64,000 bases of DNA from Patescibacteria group bacterium. GTDB lineage: Bacteria; Patescibacteriota; Minisyncoccia; UBA6257; 2-01-FULL-56-20. The position numbers were made by a program, and so were the translations under genes. The stretch is from positions 173,956-237,955 of the forward strand of contig JAGXBC010000001.1 in the NCBI GenBank assembly GCA_018971305.1. The letters run 5' to 3'. Below are positions 54,697 to 64,000 of this stretch, piece after piece (within the stretch, counting starts at the first letter, position 1; each line of letters starts with the position of its first letter). The notes under the pieces were generated by a model that saw nothing but the letters and a program-made list of their open reading frames with translations, made no database searches and was not told the origin of the DNA.

Positions 54697-56046
54697 TTAT
54701 AAATTGACGCTTTCGCCGAATTTTTCCGGAACGAACGCTTGAACAGCCAGATCATCTACGATTTTCCGGGCCAAGGCGTCGCTTGATTCTTTTTCCCCCT
54801 GCACAACAAAAACTTTTTTTAGGGTTTTCCTCATCGCGGAAATCCATCCCAAAAGATGGGGCTGGTCAGCGTGCGCGGAATAACCAGGAATAACTCTTTT
54901 TTTGCAGCGCACAGCTACTTTTTCTCCAAAAATTTTCACCTCTTCTTTGCCATCTAGAATTTCTCTGCCCAAAGAGCCATGTGCCTGGTAACCGACAAAA
55001 AGAACCATGCTTTTGGGATCGGGGAGATAGCGCATCTCGTGGTGTAAAATACGACCGCCATGAGACATTCCCGAGCCAGCGATAATAACCTTCGGGGACG
55101 GCACGTTATTTATTCCTTTCGATTGCTCGGTGGTCAGGGTTAATCTCAATTCCGGAAAATTTAAAATATCGTCGCCAGATTTTGCCACCGCCAAAGTTTC
55201 TTTATTGAAGCTGCTTTCGTACTTCTTATAAATGGCCGTAAGTTTTATCGCCAGCGGACTGTCAATAAAAACAGGAACGCGCGGAATCCGCCCCTCCGAG
55301 AATAATTGATGCAAATGGAAAAGCAATTCCTGCGTACGCTCCATGGCAAAAGTAGGTATCATAAGCGTGCCTCCGGACTTCACCGTGTCTTCAATCGCAT
55401 CTTCCAACTGTTCCTTTCTTTTGTCGACGCCCTCGTGAATCCTGTCTCCGTAAGTGGATTCCACTAAACAATAATCGGCATCTGTTATCTTCTCCAGGGG
55501 CTGGATGATTGGTGCGGGAGAATTCCCAAGATCTCCGGAAAAAACCACCGACTTGTTCTCGGCCTCAATTTTTATGAATGCGGAACCCAAGATATGCCCG
55601 GCATCATAAAATTCCGCCCGGAACGGCCCTACCTCTACGGCTTCGTGATAGGAGCGTTTCTGCCAAAGTTTCATAACGCTGTTTACATCATCCACATTAT
55701 AAAGCGGCGGTTTTTTCTCGCGCTTCGCTTCGTCGTCCAGAATATGTTCGGAGTCCAAGAGTAGAAGTTCGGCGAAGTCTTTTGTCGCCGGAGTAGAATA
55801 AATCGTTCCGCGAAAACCGTCTTTCCAAAGTTTCGGCAGGCGACCAATGTGGTCTATATGCGAATGGGTTATGAAAACCGCCTTGATTTCTTTGGGATTA
55901 TAGGGAAATGGTTCAAAATTTTGTTTTTCGGCATAATGACTGCCCTGGTGCAAACCACAATCAACAAGGATTCTTTGTCCTCTCGACTCAAGCATGTAAT
56001 TGGAACCGGTCACCTCGCCCACGCCCCCGTAAAAAGTTAGCTTCAT
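54697..56046 (-). CDS. MBL-fold beta-CASP RNA-metabolising hydrolase (CPSF-like)
   Basis: 449 aa. Contains GGVGEVTGSNYMLE, ITHSHIDHIGRLP and the beta-CASP and C-terminal GYSAHADQ motifs. Confidence 0.85.
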   Translation of the reverse strand: MKLTFYGGVGEVTGSNYMLESRGQRILVDCGLHQGSHYAEKQNFEPFPYNPKEIKAVFITHSHIDHIGRLPKLWKDGFRGTIYSTPATKDFAELLLLDSEHILDDEAKREKKPPLYNVDDVNSVMKLWQKRSYHEAVEVGPFRAEFYDAGHILGSAFIKIEAENKSVVFSGDLGNSPAPIIQPLEKITDADYCLVESTYGDRIHEGVDKRKEQLEDAIEDTVKSGGTLMIPTFAMERTQELLFHLHQLFSEGRIPRVPVFIDSPLAIKLTAIYKKYESSFNKETLAVAKSGDDILNFPELRLTLTTEQSKGINNVPSPKVIIAGSGMSHGGRILHHEMRYLPDPKSMVLFVGYQAHGSLGREILDGKEEVKIFGEKVAVRCKKRVIPGYSAHADQPHLLGWISAMRKTLKKVFVVQGEKESSDALARKIVDDLAVQAFVPEKFGESVNL

Positions 56047-56372
56047 AGATATTATTATTGCATATTATCGACGGTTTGCCGATATCCTTTAGCTCGTGCT
56101 AATATAAACCACAGTAAACAGCCATCGCGGAGGGAAACCTTGCTCCAACAGGAAGATGCGACCACAACGGCAGAATCACGAATAGACGAATCGGAAGAAG
56201 CACCCGAGACACTGGATTACGGCGATAACCAGAAAAAACAAAAGCAGCCACGCGACAGGACCAGAATTCAACCGAAGCCAAATCGCGCCCGCCCGTTTGT
56301 GTTCTGCACACAAAGAAAGTAGCGTTGCGAATTAACCGCCTACTTATTTAACCCCAATCAAGGCCCACCCAC

Positions 56373-57662
56373 TCAGGTGCGGCCATTTTTATTTTCATTC
56401 AAGACCTCTTCAAGGATTGCCCTCTCGTTCCAGGGAATTTTTCTGCCGTTCGCAACATGTATCCAATCCTCACTACCCTTGCCGGTGGCAATAATGGTGT
56501 CACCATTACCAGCCAGACCGACAGCCGCCTTGATTGCCTCGCGCCTGTCGGGAATTTCTCTTGTCACAAGCGACTTGCCGTCCGGAATCCCGGATTTTAT
56601 CTCCGATAGAATCTGCCCGGGGTTCTCGTCGTAAGGGTCTTCGTCCGTCAAAAATATCTCGTCACAGAATTCGGCGGCTACTCTTCCCATCTCCGGACGC
56701 TTCCATTTATCGCGTCCTCCACCGGCAGCACCCAGCACACAAATAAACCTGGAACCCTTAACTGCTTCGACTCGCAATGCTTCATAAATCTTACGCAACG
56801 AATCTGGCGTATGGGCATAATCTACTACGACGGAAAATGGTCTCCTTTGCAGGAACTCCGCTCTTCCCTGAACCCCACGGAAATTCAGCAAAGCTTCTTC
56901 TATTATCTTTTCGGGAATCCCCAGACTATGCGCCACTGCAGCCGCCGCAGCAACGTTATCCCTGTTAAAATCGCTTGGTAAAAACTTGGGGGGCTCGGTT
57001 GCTACAGCTAAGCGGGCCGGGTTGAATTTTGGAAAAACCCTTTCGCTTTCCTCCGTCTCCCGGGAAAAAACGATCGGATTGAACTTTGCGAGTTTCTCTA
57101 AAAAAAATCCGGAATTCTCGTCTTCGCTGTTTATAAAAATTCTTCCCCCACGGACGCCGACGTAATTTAAGAATCCAAGTTTGGCCCTTCGATAATTTTT
57201 AAAAGAACCGTGCGACTCTATGTGTTCCGGTGACAGGTTTGTCAGGACGCCGGCGTTCCAATTTATAAATCTGTGGCGATATAAAACCGCCCCCTGGGAA
57301 GTAACTTCAACCAAGGCATATTTACATCCGGCTCTGACTGCGTCCGATAAAAAGCGCTGGATATAAAACCTCCCGGGCATAGTGTTGCCGAAATTACTTT
57401 TCTTGCTCTGCTCGCCCATCTTCACCCGCAGGGAAGACATCAGCGCCGTCTTTTTACCTGCGGCTTCTAAAATCGCGTTCAGAAGTTCCAGCGTTGTTGT
57501 TTTTCCTTTAGTCCCCGTGACACCGATGACAAAAATTATCTTACCGGGAAAACCGTAGAACAAGGCAGCGCAAACTGCCCAAAGAAAATGGTACAGAGAT
57601 ACTAATCCCGGTACGCGATAGAGAGCCCTAATTAAAGGGAAACGTTTTATTTTGTCCAGCAC
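56373..57662 (-). CDS. Mur ligase family protein (MurE-like)
   Basis: 429 aa. ATP-binding segment VIGVTGTKGKTTT, then EVTSQG and DYAHTPDSL. Confidence 0.75.
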   Translation of the reverse strand: MLDKIKRFPLIRALYRVPGLVSLYHFLWAVCAALFYGFPGKIIFVIGVTGTKGKTTTLELLNAILEAAGKKTALMSSLRVKMGEQSKKSNFGNTMPGRFYIQRFLSDAVRAGCKYALVEVTSQGAVLYRHRFINWNAGVLTNLSPEHIESHGSFKNYRRAKLGFLNYVGVRGGRIFINSEDENSGFFLEKLAKFNPIVFSRETEESERVFPKFNPARLAVATEPPKFLPSDFNRDNVAAAAAVAHSLGIPEKIIEEALLNFRGVQGRAEFLQRRPFSVVVDYAHTPDSLRKIYEALRVEAVKGSRFICVLGAAGGGRDKWKRPEMGRVAAEFCDEIFLTDEDPYDENPGQILSEIKSGIPDGKSLVTREIPDRREAIKAAVGLAGNGDTIIATGKGSEDWIHVANGRKIPWNERAILEEVLNENKNGRT

Positions 57663-57686
57663 GTTGATTCTTGCTTTCTCAATTAA

Positions 57687-58265
57687 TTATTTACCGCCCA
57701 AAATACTAAGCGCCTCTTTGAGCCGTGCTTCCAAGCCGACAACCTTTTCGCCAACTTTAGATAAAGCTGCTTTGGCGACGTCCCGCTTGTAACCCAAGCT
57801 TACGAGCGTTTCCACTAAATCCGAATCTGATTCCATTTTTTGAACAACAGCACCGGATTCTTTTGCTTGGACCTTGCTTTTTAAATCCAAAATTATCCGC
57901 TCGGCGGTTTTGCGGCCGATGCCCGATGCACGCGTCAAAAGGTCGGGCCGATTTTCTTTTATGGCCGCTGATAAATTTTTAATTTCTGCTATCTCCAGTA
58001 CGGATAATGCCGACTTCGGTCCAACGCCAGATACTGAAATTAAAAGTTCAAAAAAACCGAGCTCAACTTCATCTAAAAATCCGTATAGCTCCAAACCATC
58101 CTCGCGCATATGGAGATGGCAAAAAAACTTAACTTCGCCTCCGAGGGGGGGAAGTTTCCCTAAATTCCGCGCGTTGGTAAAAATCTTCAATCCCAAACCG
58201 GCAGCGTCAACCACCGCAAACTGTCCGCTCTTTGCCGTTAATTTTCCCGACAAGCTGTAAATCAT
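57687..58265 (-). CDS. ruvA: Holliday junction branch migration protein RuvA
   Basis: 192 aa. Contains MIYSLSGKL, LISVSGVGPKSALSVL and GIGRKTAERIILDLK. Confidence 0.9.
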   Translation of the reverse strand: MIYSLSGKLTAKSGQFAVVDAAGLGLKIFTNARNLGKLPPLGGEVKFFCHLHMREDGLELYGFLDEVELGFFELLISVSGVGPKSALSVLEIAEIKNLSAAIKENRPDLLTRASGIGRKTAERIILDLKSKVQAKESGAVVQKMESDSDLVETLVSLGYKRDVAKAALSKVGEKVVGLEARLKEALSILGGK

Positions 58266-58394
58266 CCTTATAATTATAAGTTAACGAGGCCGAAAGTTCA
58301 TCTGCGGTATTTTTCTTAAAACCCTTGACACCGATAGGAAATCTGAGCCATTCTTTAACCAGGATTAATATTTAAATACCGTACGGAGGCATGC

Positions 58395-59045
58395 ATGAAA
58401 GACGGACAGATAGGCGAATTCCTAAAACAACGGTGCCGGGAGGAACAATTGCGGCGTGCATTTGCAGATACTTATAGGCAAATCGGCATTGATCTGCTGG
58501 ATAAGTATATGAGCGCCAATATGGACGACCCAACGAAAGAATTGCTCAAAAACACCAATGATGCTTTAGGCAGAATGATTTTATTTTCTGGGAATAATAG
58601 TGGCAGGATAATGCAGGTAGACAAGAGAACGCTACTCGACCTTCTCTTTATCTACAAAACGTACAAAGAAGTGTATCAATATTTTTTTGATACGTACGAA
58701 ACCCTGCCGAACAACGTCATCAGGAAAAAGTGGGGCAGAGCGAGCATGGAACAAGTGGCTAAGTTCGCAGAATCTCGCCTTGAAACATTACAGGCAGATC
58801 TGAAAGATATGGAATCAATAATTTCCGCGACTATTTATATTGATGGGGAAACGATGGAAGAAATGCAGGCATCTTTAACCTGGTTATACTACACAGTATT
58901 CGGAGAAAACGACGAAAATGCCTTCATTAGTACATTCCGTCGGCAAATGATTATTTTGAACAGCGAGGTGGTTCAAGTCGCTGCCAAACAAAGAATTTTA
59001 ACTGCCGAACTTCTCGGCGGTGGTCCCAAGATAGGCAACGCCTAG
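58395..59045 (+). CDS. Hypothetical protein
   Basis: 216-aa ORF, predicted helical, followed by a strong terminator. Confidence 0.45.
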   Translation: MKDGQIGEFLKQRCREEQLRRAFADTYRQIGIDLLDKYMSANMDDPTKELLKNTNDALGRMILFSGNNSGRIMQVDKRTLLDLLFIYKTYKEVYQYFFDTYETLPNNVIRKKWGRASMEQVAKFAESRLETLQADLKDMESIISATIYIDGETMEEMQASLTWLYYTVFGENDENAFISTFRRQMIILNSEVVQVAAKQRILTAELLGGGPKIGNA

Positions 59046-59056
59046 ATTATTAAGTG

Positions 59057-59088
59057 TGTGACCGTTAAAAAACGGTCACATTTATTTT
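59057..59088 (+). terminator. Rho-independent terminator
   Basis: tgtgaccgtt-aaaa-aacggtcaca (perfect 10-bp stem) followed by tttatttt. Confidence 0.8.
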
Positions 59089-59154
59089 GGGCTTGCAATT
59101 TTCCATTATATCCATATACTATATTCTGTATTCTAAATTATATATTTTAAACCA

Positions 59155-59409
59155 ATGCCAATTACAGCCTCAGCGAAAAAGGCCTGGCGCCAGTCAAAAA
59201 CCAGGCGCGTCAAAAATCTCGTAAAGAAAGAGGTTTATAAAAAACTCGTAAGCCGATATAGAAAGTTTGTAACGGGCAAAAACATTGAGGAGGCGAAAAA
59301 AATCCTGCCCGCAACTTATAAAGCCCTTGATAAGGCGGCGAAGGCTAATATTATTTCTAAGAACAAGGCCAATAGATTGAAATCGCGTCTTACAAAACTA
59401 GCTAAATAA
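59155..59409 (+). CDS. rpsT: 30S ribosomal protein S20
   Basis: 84 aa, beginning MPITASAKKAWRQSKTRRVKN. Confidence 0.9.
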   Translation: MPITASAKKAWRQSKTRRVKNLVKKEVYKKLVSRYRKFVTGKNIEEAKKILPATYKALDKAAKANIISKNKANRLKSRLTKLAK

Positions 59410-59416
59410 AATAATG

Positions 59417-59446
59417 AACGGCTGCCGTAGTGGACGGCCGTTTTTT
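59417..59446 (+). terminator. Rho-independent terminator of rpsT
   Basis: aacggc...gccgtt followed by tttt. Confidence 0.65.
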
Positions 59447-59490
59447 ATATAGGATTTATTATCGCGCTTACGGCAAAACAAAGCCAAGAC

Positions 59491-60282
59491 TCAACCGATT
59501 ACCAAATCAACCAGAGCTTCTTCATAATCCATTTTTCCGGACTTAACTTTCAAATCGTATTCCGCCATTCTTGGAATTTTTTCATGCCATTGCGAAGCAA
59601 GAATGTTAAAAATCTTCGCCGGTGGATCTCCTATTGCCAAAATCTTCTCCAGAGCAGCAAGCCTGTTTGCCACGCTGGCGCCCTTGAGGCCGCTTATAAT
59701 AAACCAGTAGTTCGGAGCTACTTCTAGGTCAAGATTTTTAAAATCTTTCACGTCCACTTCCCCCTTCTGCATATTACTGATTTTCTGGAGTTCTGTTATG
59801 AGTCCCCAGGTATTTTCCCGATAAGCATCAGCTAAAAATTGAGCAGCGGGACCAGTAAGCGATAAACCGATATTTTGGGCCTCTTTTTTCACATAAGTTT
59901 CCCATTCATATCCAGTTAAATGGACGAATTCTTCAACTTTTGCCTGCTGTTCTAAAAGAAAGGCGAATGCCCGGCGCGGTGCCTTGCGTTCAGAAAATAA
60001 AAACGCTGTGGTTCTCTCTAAAACAAGCGGCGGAAATTCCTTAATGAAATACTTTTCGTTTTTCTCGTTTAATTCGCTTAGGTTTTCAACTATAATCAGC
60101 TTCTTGGGCTCAAAAAGCGACTCGCTCCGCGCGAATGATTTCAGTTCCTCTGGTGCAGCGGAATCTTCCAAATCAAAAATACCCAGGCTCAGGTTAGAGT
60201 ATTTTTTTTTGAATTCATTTACATACCATCTCTTCCTTTCTCCCCGGCGATAATCGTCCGGACCGTATAAGAAAATAATCAT
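59491..60282 (-). CDS. holA: DNA polymerase III delta subunit-like (HolA)
   Basis: 263 aa. The MIIFLYGPDDY start and the overall length and pattern fit short HolA proteins. Confidence 0.6.
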   Translation of the reverse strand: MIIFLYGPDDYRRGERKRWYVNEFKKKYSNLSLGIFDLEDSAAPEELKSFARSESLFEPKKLIIVENLSELNEKNEKYFIKEFPPLVLERTTAFLFSERKAPRRAFAFLLEQQAKVEEFVHLTGYEWETYVKKEAQNIGLSLTGPAAQFLADAYRENTWGLITELQKISNMQKGEVDVKDFKNLDLEVAPNYWFIISGLKGASVANRLAALEKILAIGDPPAKIFNILASQWHEKIPRMAEYDLKVKSGKMDYEEALVDLVIG

Positions 60283-60287
60283 TATTG

Positions 60288-61949
60288 TTATATTCTCGGC
60301 TTCGTTTTATATTTTGCGGCAGCCTTGATAAATTCCACAAATAAGGGGTGAGGAGATAATGGGCGCGATTTAAGCTCCGGATGGAACTGCGTTCCCAAAA
60401 AAAACGGGTGTTGTTCGCGCGACAATTCTGCTATTTCCATCAGACGGCCGTCGGGAGAATGGCCGGAAAATTCCAGGCCACTTTTTTCCAGTTTAACTAT
60501 ATAATCTGGATTTACTTCGTAGCGGTGCCGATGGCGCTCTGAAATCTTATTTGTACCGTAGGCGCCGATCGCAATTGTTTTCTTATCCAGAATGGCCGGA
60601 TAAGCCCCAAGACGCATTGTCCCACCATAATTTTTTTCGGCCATCAGCTTTTTCTGCTCCGGAAGAATATCAATAATTGGGTGTTTTGTTTTAGGGTCGA
60701 TCTCGGTCGTATTAGCATCTTTTAATTTCAGGACATTGCGCGCGAACTCCACGACTGCCAATTGCATTCCATAGCAGAGACCAAAGTACGGGATTTTGTG
60801 CTCGCGGCAATACTCTATTACTTTTAGCTTTCCTTTGATGCCACGGCTGCCAAAACCTCCGGGCACAATAATTCCATTATAATCACCCAACTTTTTAAGT
60901 TCGCCGGCGCCTTTTTCAAACTTTCCTGCGTCCAACCACTCTATTTCCGGATTACATTTTAAAGCTGCGGAGGCGTGTTTAACGGCCTCAATCACAGAAA
61001 TATAAGAATCGGTTAAGACAAAATTCCCGGATTCAAAATACTTTCCCACAATACCGATTTTCAAAGTTCTTTTGGCATTCCGCATAGCCGAAACAAGCCG
61101 CCTCCATTGCTTCAAATCCCTGTGTCCGAATCTTAACGAAAGTTTGCCCAATATTCTGTCCCCCAAGTTATCTTTTTCAAAGTTGATTGGCACTTCATAA
61201 ATATTTTTAACATCCGGAGCGGAAATAACATTTCCATGGTCAAGACTGCACATGAATTCTATTTTGTCTTTTCTTTTTTTATCCAGAGGAACTGGCGCCC
61301 TGGCTAAAATAACATCCGGATGTAAACCCACCGAATTCAAACTTCTCACGGCGTGCTGAGTCGGTTTGGTTTTTAGTTCCGTGCCCCCGGCCCCGAGTGC
61401 CGGCAAAAAACTCACAAGAACCAAGGCCACGTTGTGAGGATATTTTAGTTTAAGCATCCTGATCGCTTCCAAAAAAAGTATGTTCTCGTATTCACCGACC
61501 GTTCCCCCCACTTCCGTAATCACGATTTCGGCATTATTTTGAGAAGCAGCTGTGTTTATTCTATCTATAACCTCTAACGGTATGCGCGGGACGACTTCCA
61601 CCTGCTTGCCGCCGTATCCCAAGTTGCGCTCACGGGTGATAACAGACAAATAAATACTGCCGGTTGTCATATAATTGGCACGCGTAAGATCCCGATTTAA
61701 AAATCTTTCGTAATTACCCATATCCTGATCGCACTCCGTACCATCATCCAAAACAAAAACCTCGCCGTGCTCTGTCGGATTCATCGTTCCGGCATCAACG
61801 TTCACGTAGGGGTCTATCTTTATGGCAGTAACTTTAAAACCCCGCGACTGCAAAATTTTTCCGATAGAAGCCGACGCCACGCCCTTGCCTACTCCGGACA
61901 TCACTCCGCCGACAACGAAAACATATTTAGGATTTTTTATTTTTGGCAT
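60288..61949 (-). CDS. pyrG: CTP synthase
   Basis: 553 aa. Contains KYVFVVGGVMSGVGKG, GLCYGMQ and HRHRYE. Confidence 0.95.
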   Translation of the reverse strand: MPKIKNPKYVFVVGGVMSGVGKGVASASIGKILQSRGFKVTAIKIDPYVNVDAGTMNPTEHGEVFVLDDGTECDQDMGNYERFLNRDLTRANYMTTGSIYLSVITRERNLGYGGKQVEVVPRIPLEVIDRINTAASQNNAEIVITEVGGTVGEYENILFLEAIRMLKLKYPHNVALVLVSFLPALGAGGTELKTKPTQHAVRSLNSVGLHPDVILARAPVPLDKKRKDKIEFMCSLDHGNVISAPDVKNIYEVPINFEKDNLGDRILGKLSLRFGHRDLKQWRRLVSAMRNAKRTLKIGIVGKYFESGNFVLTDSYISVIEAVKHASAALKCNPEIEWLDAGKFEKGAGELKKLGDYNGIIVPGGFGSRGIKGKLKVIEYCREHKIPYFGLCYGMQLAVVEFARNVLKLKDANTTEIDPKTKHPIIDILPEQKKLMAEKNYGGTMRLGAYPAILDKKTIAIGAYGTNKISERHRHRYEVNPDYIVKLEKSGLEFSGHSPDGRLMEIAELSREQHPFFLGTQFHPELKSRPLSPHPLFVEFIKAAAKYKTKPRI

Positions 61950-62743
61950 TTGCTACAGAAAAAAGACGAGCGCCCGCCCACCTTTATTCTCTTTATTTTA
62001 ACACCACAACGAAAACATTTCTCGCCCTCCCGGCCATAGACAGTATGTGATTCCTGATAACCGCCGGATGAGCCGTCTACCCTCTTATAATCACGGAGGG
62101 TGGAACCGCCTTGTTTGATAGCCTCCCGCAAAATCTTCTTTATCGCAGCCACAAGCCGGGCCGCCTCCGTTTTATTTAAGCTACCAGCCTTTCTCAACGG
62201 CTTTATTTTGGCTAGCCATAACGATTCATCCGCATAAATATTGCCTATACCAGCAACCAAGTGCTGATCCAAAAGTGCCAATTTTATAGCACGGGAAGAA
62301 TTTTTGAACGCCGCCATCAGGAAGGCAACGTTAAAACCGGAGGACAACGGCTCAATCCCGAGTCGCGGCAACAATTCCTTGTTCTTTAGCCAATTGATAG
62401 TTCCGAAACGTCGTACGTCCACGAAGCGCAGAATTGAGCCATCGTGAAAATGAAAACGGGCCCGTTCGTGTTTGCCGATATCCTTACCATTGTTGTTCGA
62501 AGCCTGATCGTCAAAAAGTAATTCCCCCGTCATACGAAGATGCACAATACAGCGCATCCCCTTGTCTGTTTCGCAGACGATATATTTTCCCCGCCTGCCA
62601 ACCGATACAAAACTCAAGGGCAGAGAAAGGCGCGGTTTTGAAATTCTTTTCTTATCCGAAATAGAAAAGCGGCGCAGTTTTTTTCCTAAAACCCTGCGCC
62701 GTAAACCGCGAACAATTGTTTCTACCTCAGGAAGTTCTGGCAT
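61937..62743 (-). CDS. mutM: Formamidopyrimidine-DNA glycosylase (Fpg/MutM)
   Basis: 268 aa. The MPELPEVE N-terminus and the C-terminal zinc finger CFRCGVKIKRIKVGGRSSFFCSKCQ. Confidence 0.9.
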   Translation of the reverse strand: MPELPEVETIVRGLRRRVLGKKLRRFSISDKKRISKPRLSLPLSFVSVGRRGKYIVCETDKGMRCIVHLRMTGELLFDDQASNNNGKDIGKHERARFHFHDGSILRFVDVRRFGTINWLKNKELLPRLGIEPLSSGFNVAFLMAAFKNSSRAIKLALLDQHLVAGIGNIYADESLWLAKIKPLRKAGSLNKTEAARLVAAIKKILREAIKQGGSTLRDYKRVDGSSGGYQESHTVYGREGEKCFRCGVKIKRIKVGGRSSFFCSKCQK

Positions 62744-62761
62744 TATGAAAATTTAACAAAA

Positions 62762-63994
62762 TCATTCTTCCAGCGCCATCTCGTGCTGCGGCACAGAATT
62801 AATATCTGTAGCGATAGTAAAATGGAAAACGCTGCCGCGTCCCGGCTCGGAATCCACCCAGATTTTGCCGCCATGAGCCTGCACGATATTTTTCACAATA
62901 TACAAACCCAAGCCGGTACCCTCCGTTTGCGTCTTAACGGCGTTACTTGCCCTGTAAAACTTTTTGAAAAGATTGTCTATGTCAGCAGGAGCGATGCCGA
63001 TACCAGTATCTTTAACGCTAATTTCGAGGAACGGCCCGTCGGAAACCTTTTCCACCCTGACAATAACTTCTCCGTTCTCCGTATTGTAGCGAACTGAGTT
63101 CTCAATAAGATTATCCAGGGCACGAGATAATTTCGTCCGATCGATAAATGGCTGAGGTAGATCGTTTTTAGGTTTTTCGAAATATATCTTTATTCCCGCG
63201 CGCTCGGACATCGGCATAACGGTTCCGAGAACTTCATTAATGAACTGCACAATATCTACTTGTTCAAACTTATAGCCAAAATGTCCCTCTTCTATCTTCG
63301 CTACATCCAATAAATCCTCCACAACTTGGAAAAGGTTGCGCCCCGCCGTTAGTGCGGTTTCCACTATAGTTTTGGCGTTTTCGTTCAAACTCTCGTCACT
63401 AGCCAATGATTGTAAGGCCCAATTAATATCGGTTACCGGCGTACGTAACTGATGAGACGCAACGGTCAAAAATTCCCCCTTGGATTTTATAAGTGATATT
63501 TCCCTGGTGCGATCGCGGATTATTTTCATAAAACCGAGAAGTTCGTTCAGTTCTCCGCGGACAGGAATCGTCGAAACCCTCAGCTCCAGTTCGGGGTCGG
63601 TAAAGGATATATCAACAATTTGCGGGTACTCACCCACGCGCGAACGGCTGATAACCGTAGGCGCGAGCGACGAGAAAATAACCTGAGCCAAAAGTTTTTT
63701 GGATTCATTGCCCACATCCTGGGGCTGGAACTTCTGCCCAACGATATCCTCCGACTTCGTTTTAAATAAATTCTCAGCCGCCGGATTAAAAAATAAAATA
63801 TTGAAGTCGTGGTCGTAAACAACAAGGGCGTCGTCCAGGCCAAGCAATATATTCGCGAGTTCGCTTTTTTCCAGGCGGCCGGCGCGCTCACTTTTCGCGG
63901 CTCTATATATAAGGGCAAATGAAATCCCTCCGGTAACCATAAGCAGTCCGCCCTCGATAAACGCCACAAGTGCCGGCAAGAATATAAAACCCAA
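62762..63994 (-). CDS. Sensor histidine kinase (PAS + HisKA + HATPase_c); 5' end may extend beyond the window
   Basis: 410 aa. The H-box ASHQLRTP, N-box NLIENSVRYN and G-boxes DTGIGI / GTGLGL. The frame is still open at base 64000. Confidence 0.85.
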   Translation of the reverse strand: MGFIFLPALVAFIEGGLLMVTGGISFALIYRAAKSERAGRLEKSELANILLGLDDALVVYDHDFNILFFNPAAENLFKTKSEDIVGQKFQPQDVGNESKKLLAQVIFSSLAPTVISRSRVGEYPQIVDISFTDPELELRVSTIPVRGELNELLGFMKIIRDRTREISLIKSKGEFLTVASHQLRTPVTDINWALQSLASDESLNENAKTIVETALTAGRNLFQVVEDLLDVAKIEEGHFGYKFEQVDIVQFINEVLGTVMPMSERAGIKIYFEKPKNDLPQPFIDRTKLSRALDNLIENSVRYNTENGEVIVRVEKVSDGPFLEISVKDTGIGIAPADIDNLFKKFYRASNAVKTQTEGTGLGLYIVKNIVQAHGGKIWVDSEPGRGSVFHFTIATDINSVPQHEMALEE

Positions 63995-64000
63995 TATGAA

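Noticed and set aside
56047-56372. RNase P RNA or SRP RNA in the long intergenic spacer
   Set aside because: A GGAGCAAGG-like string is present, but the P4 signature GGAAAGUCC is absent and the motif order is wrong for RNase P. I found no SRP helix-8 GGAA/AGCA pattern.
1-64000. Alternative genetic code (for example UGA reassignment, as in some CPR lineages)
   Set aside because: Conserved proteins translate to their full expected length under the standard code. TAA, TAG and TGA all occur as stops at sensible C-termini (for example TAG in clpB and ftsK, TGA in recA, TAA in gpmI).
1-64000. CRISPR arrays, rRNA genes, transposases
   Set aside because: Reading through the window, I saw no regularly spaced direct repeats, no rRNA-like sequence and no transposase- or integrase-like ORFs.

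Overview
Gene-dense 64-kb window, mostly transcribed on the minus strand. Its content is dominated by information-processing and housekeeping genes: clpB, an htrA-like protease, cysteine desulfurase, ftsK, recA, gpmI, secG, RNase J, trpS, ileS, argS, smpB, infC-rpmI-rplT, PolX, a family-4 UDG, HU, a beta-CASP RNase, a Mur ligase, ruvA, rpsT, a holA-like gene, pyrG, mutM and a histidine kinase. RNA genes I can support are tRNA-Leu(CAG), tRNA-Arg(CCG) and a short tmRNA. The genetic code looks standard. The gene content (few biosynthetic genes, a giant Ser/Thr-rich peptidoglycan-binding surface protein, a half-size MFS protein, many orphan small membrane proteins) fits a reduced Patescibacteria/CPR-type genome, but that is inference only. 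The main accessory element is a complete diversity-generating retroelement (DGR) at 33.1-35.6 kb, wedged between ileS and argS. It has a reverse transcriptase, a TR/VR repeat pair with adenine-specific mismatches, a small target protein with no signal peptide, and an Avd-like four-helix-bundle gene that the ORF track misses. The avd gene lies on the opposite strand, has no start codon in its conserved frame, and sits directly behind a C11 homopolymer. The second notable observation is that ileS carries a roughly 190-aa, apparently catalytically intact histidine-phosphatase (PGAM-like) domain inserted between its two zinc-knuckle halves. Lesser observations are a split phosphoglucomutase, a membrane-anchored Clp-like AAA+ protein with a degenerate first ATPase module, several structured intergenic regions, and small ORFs absent from the track (rpmI and a Zn-ribbon peptide).
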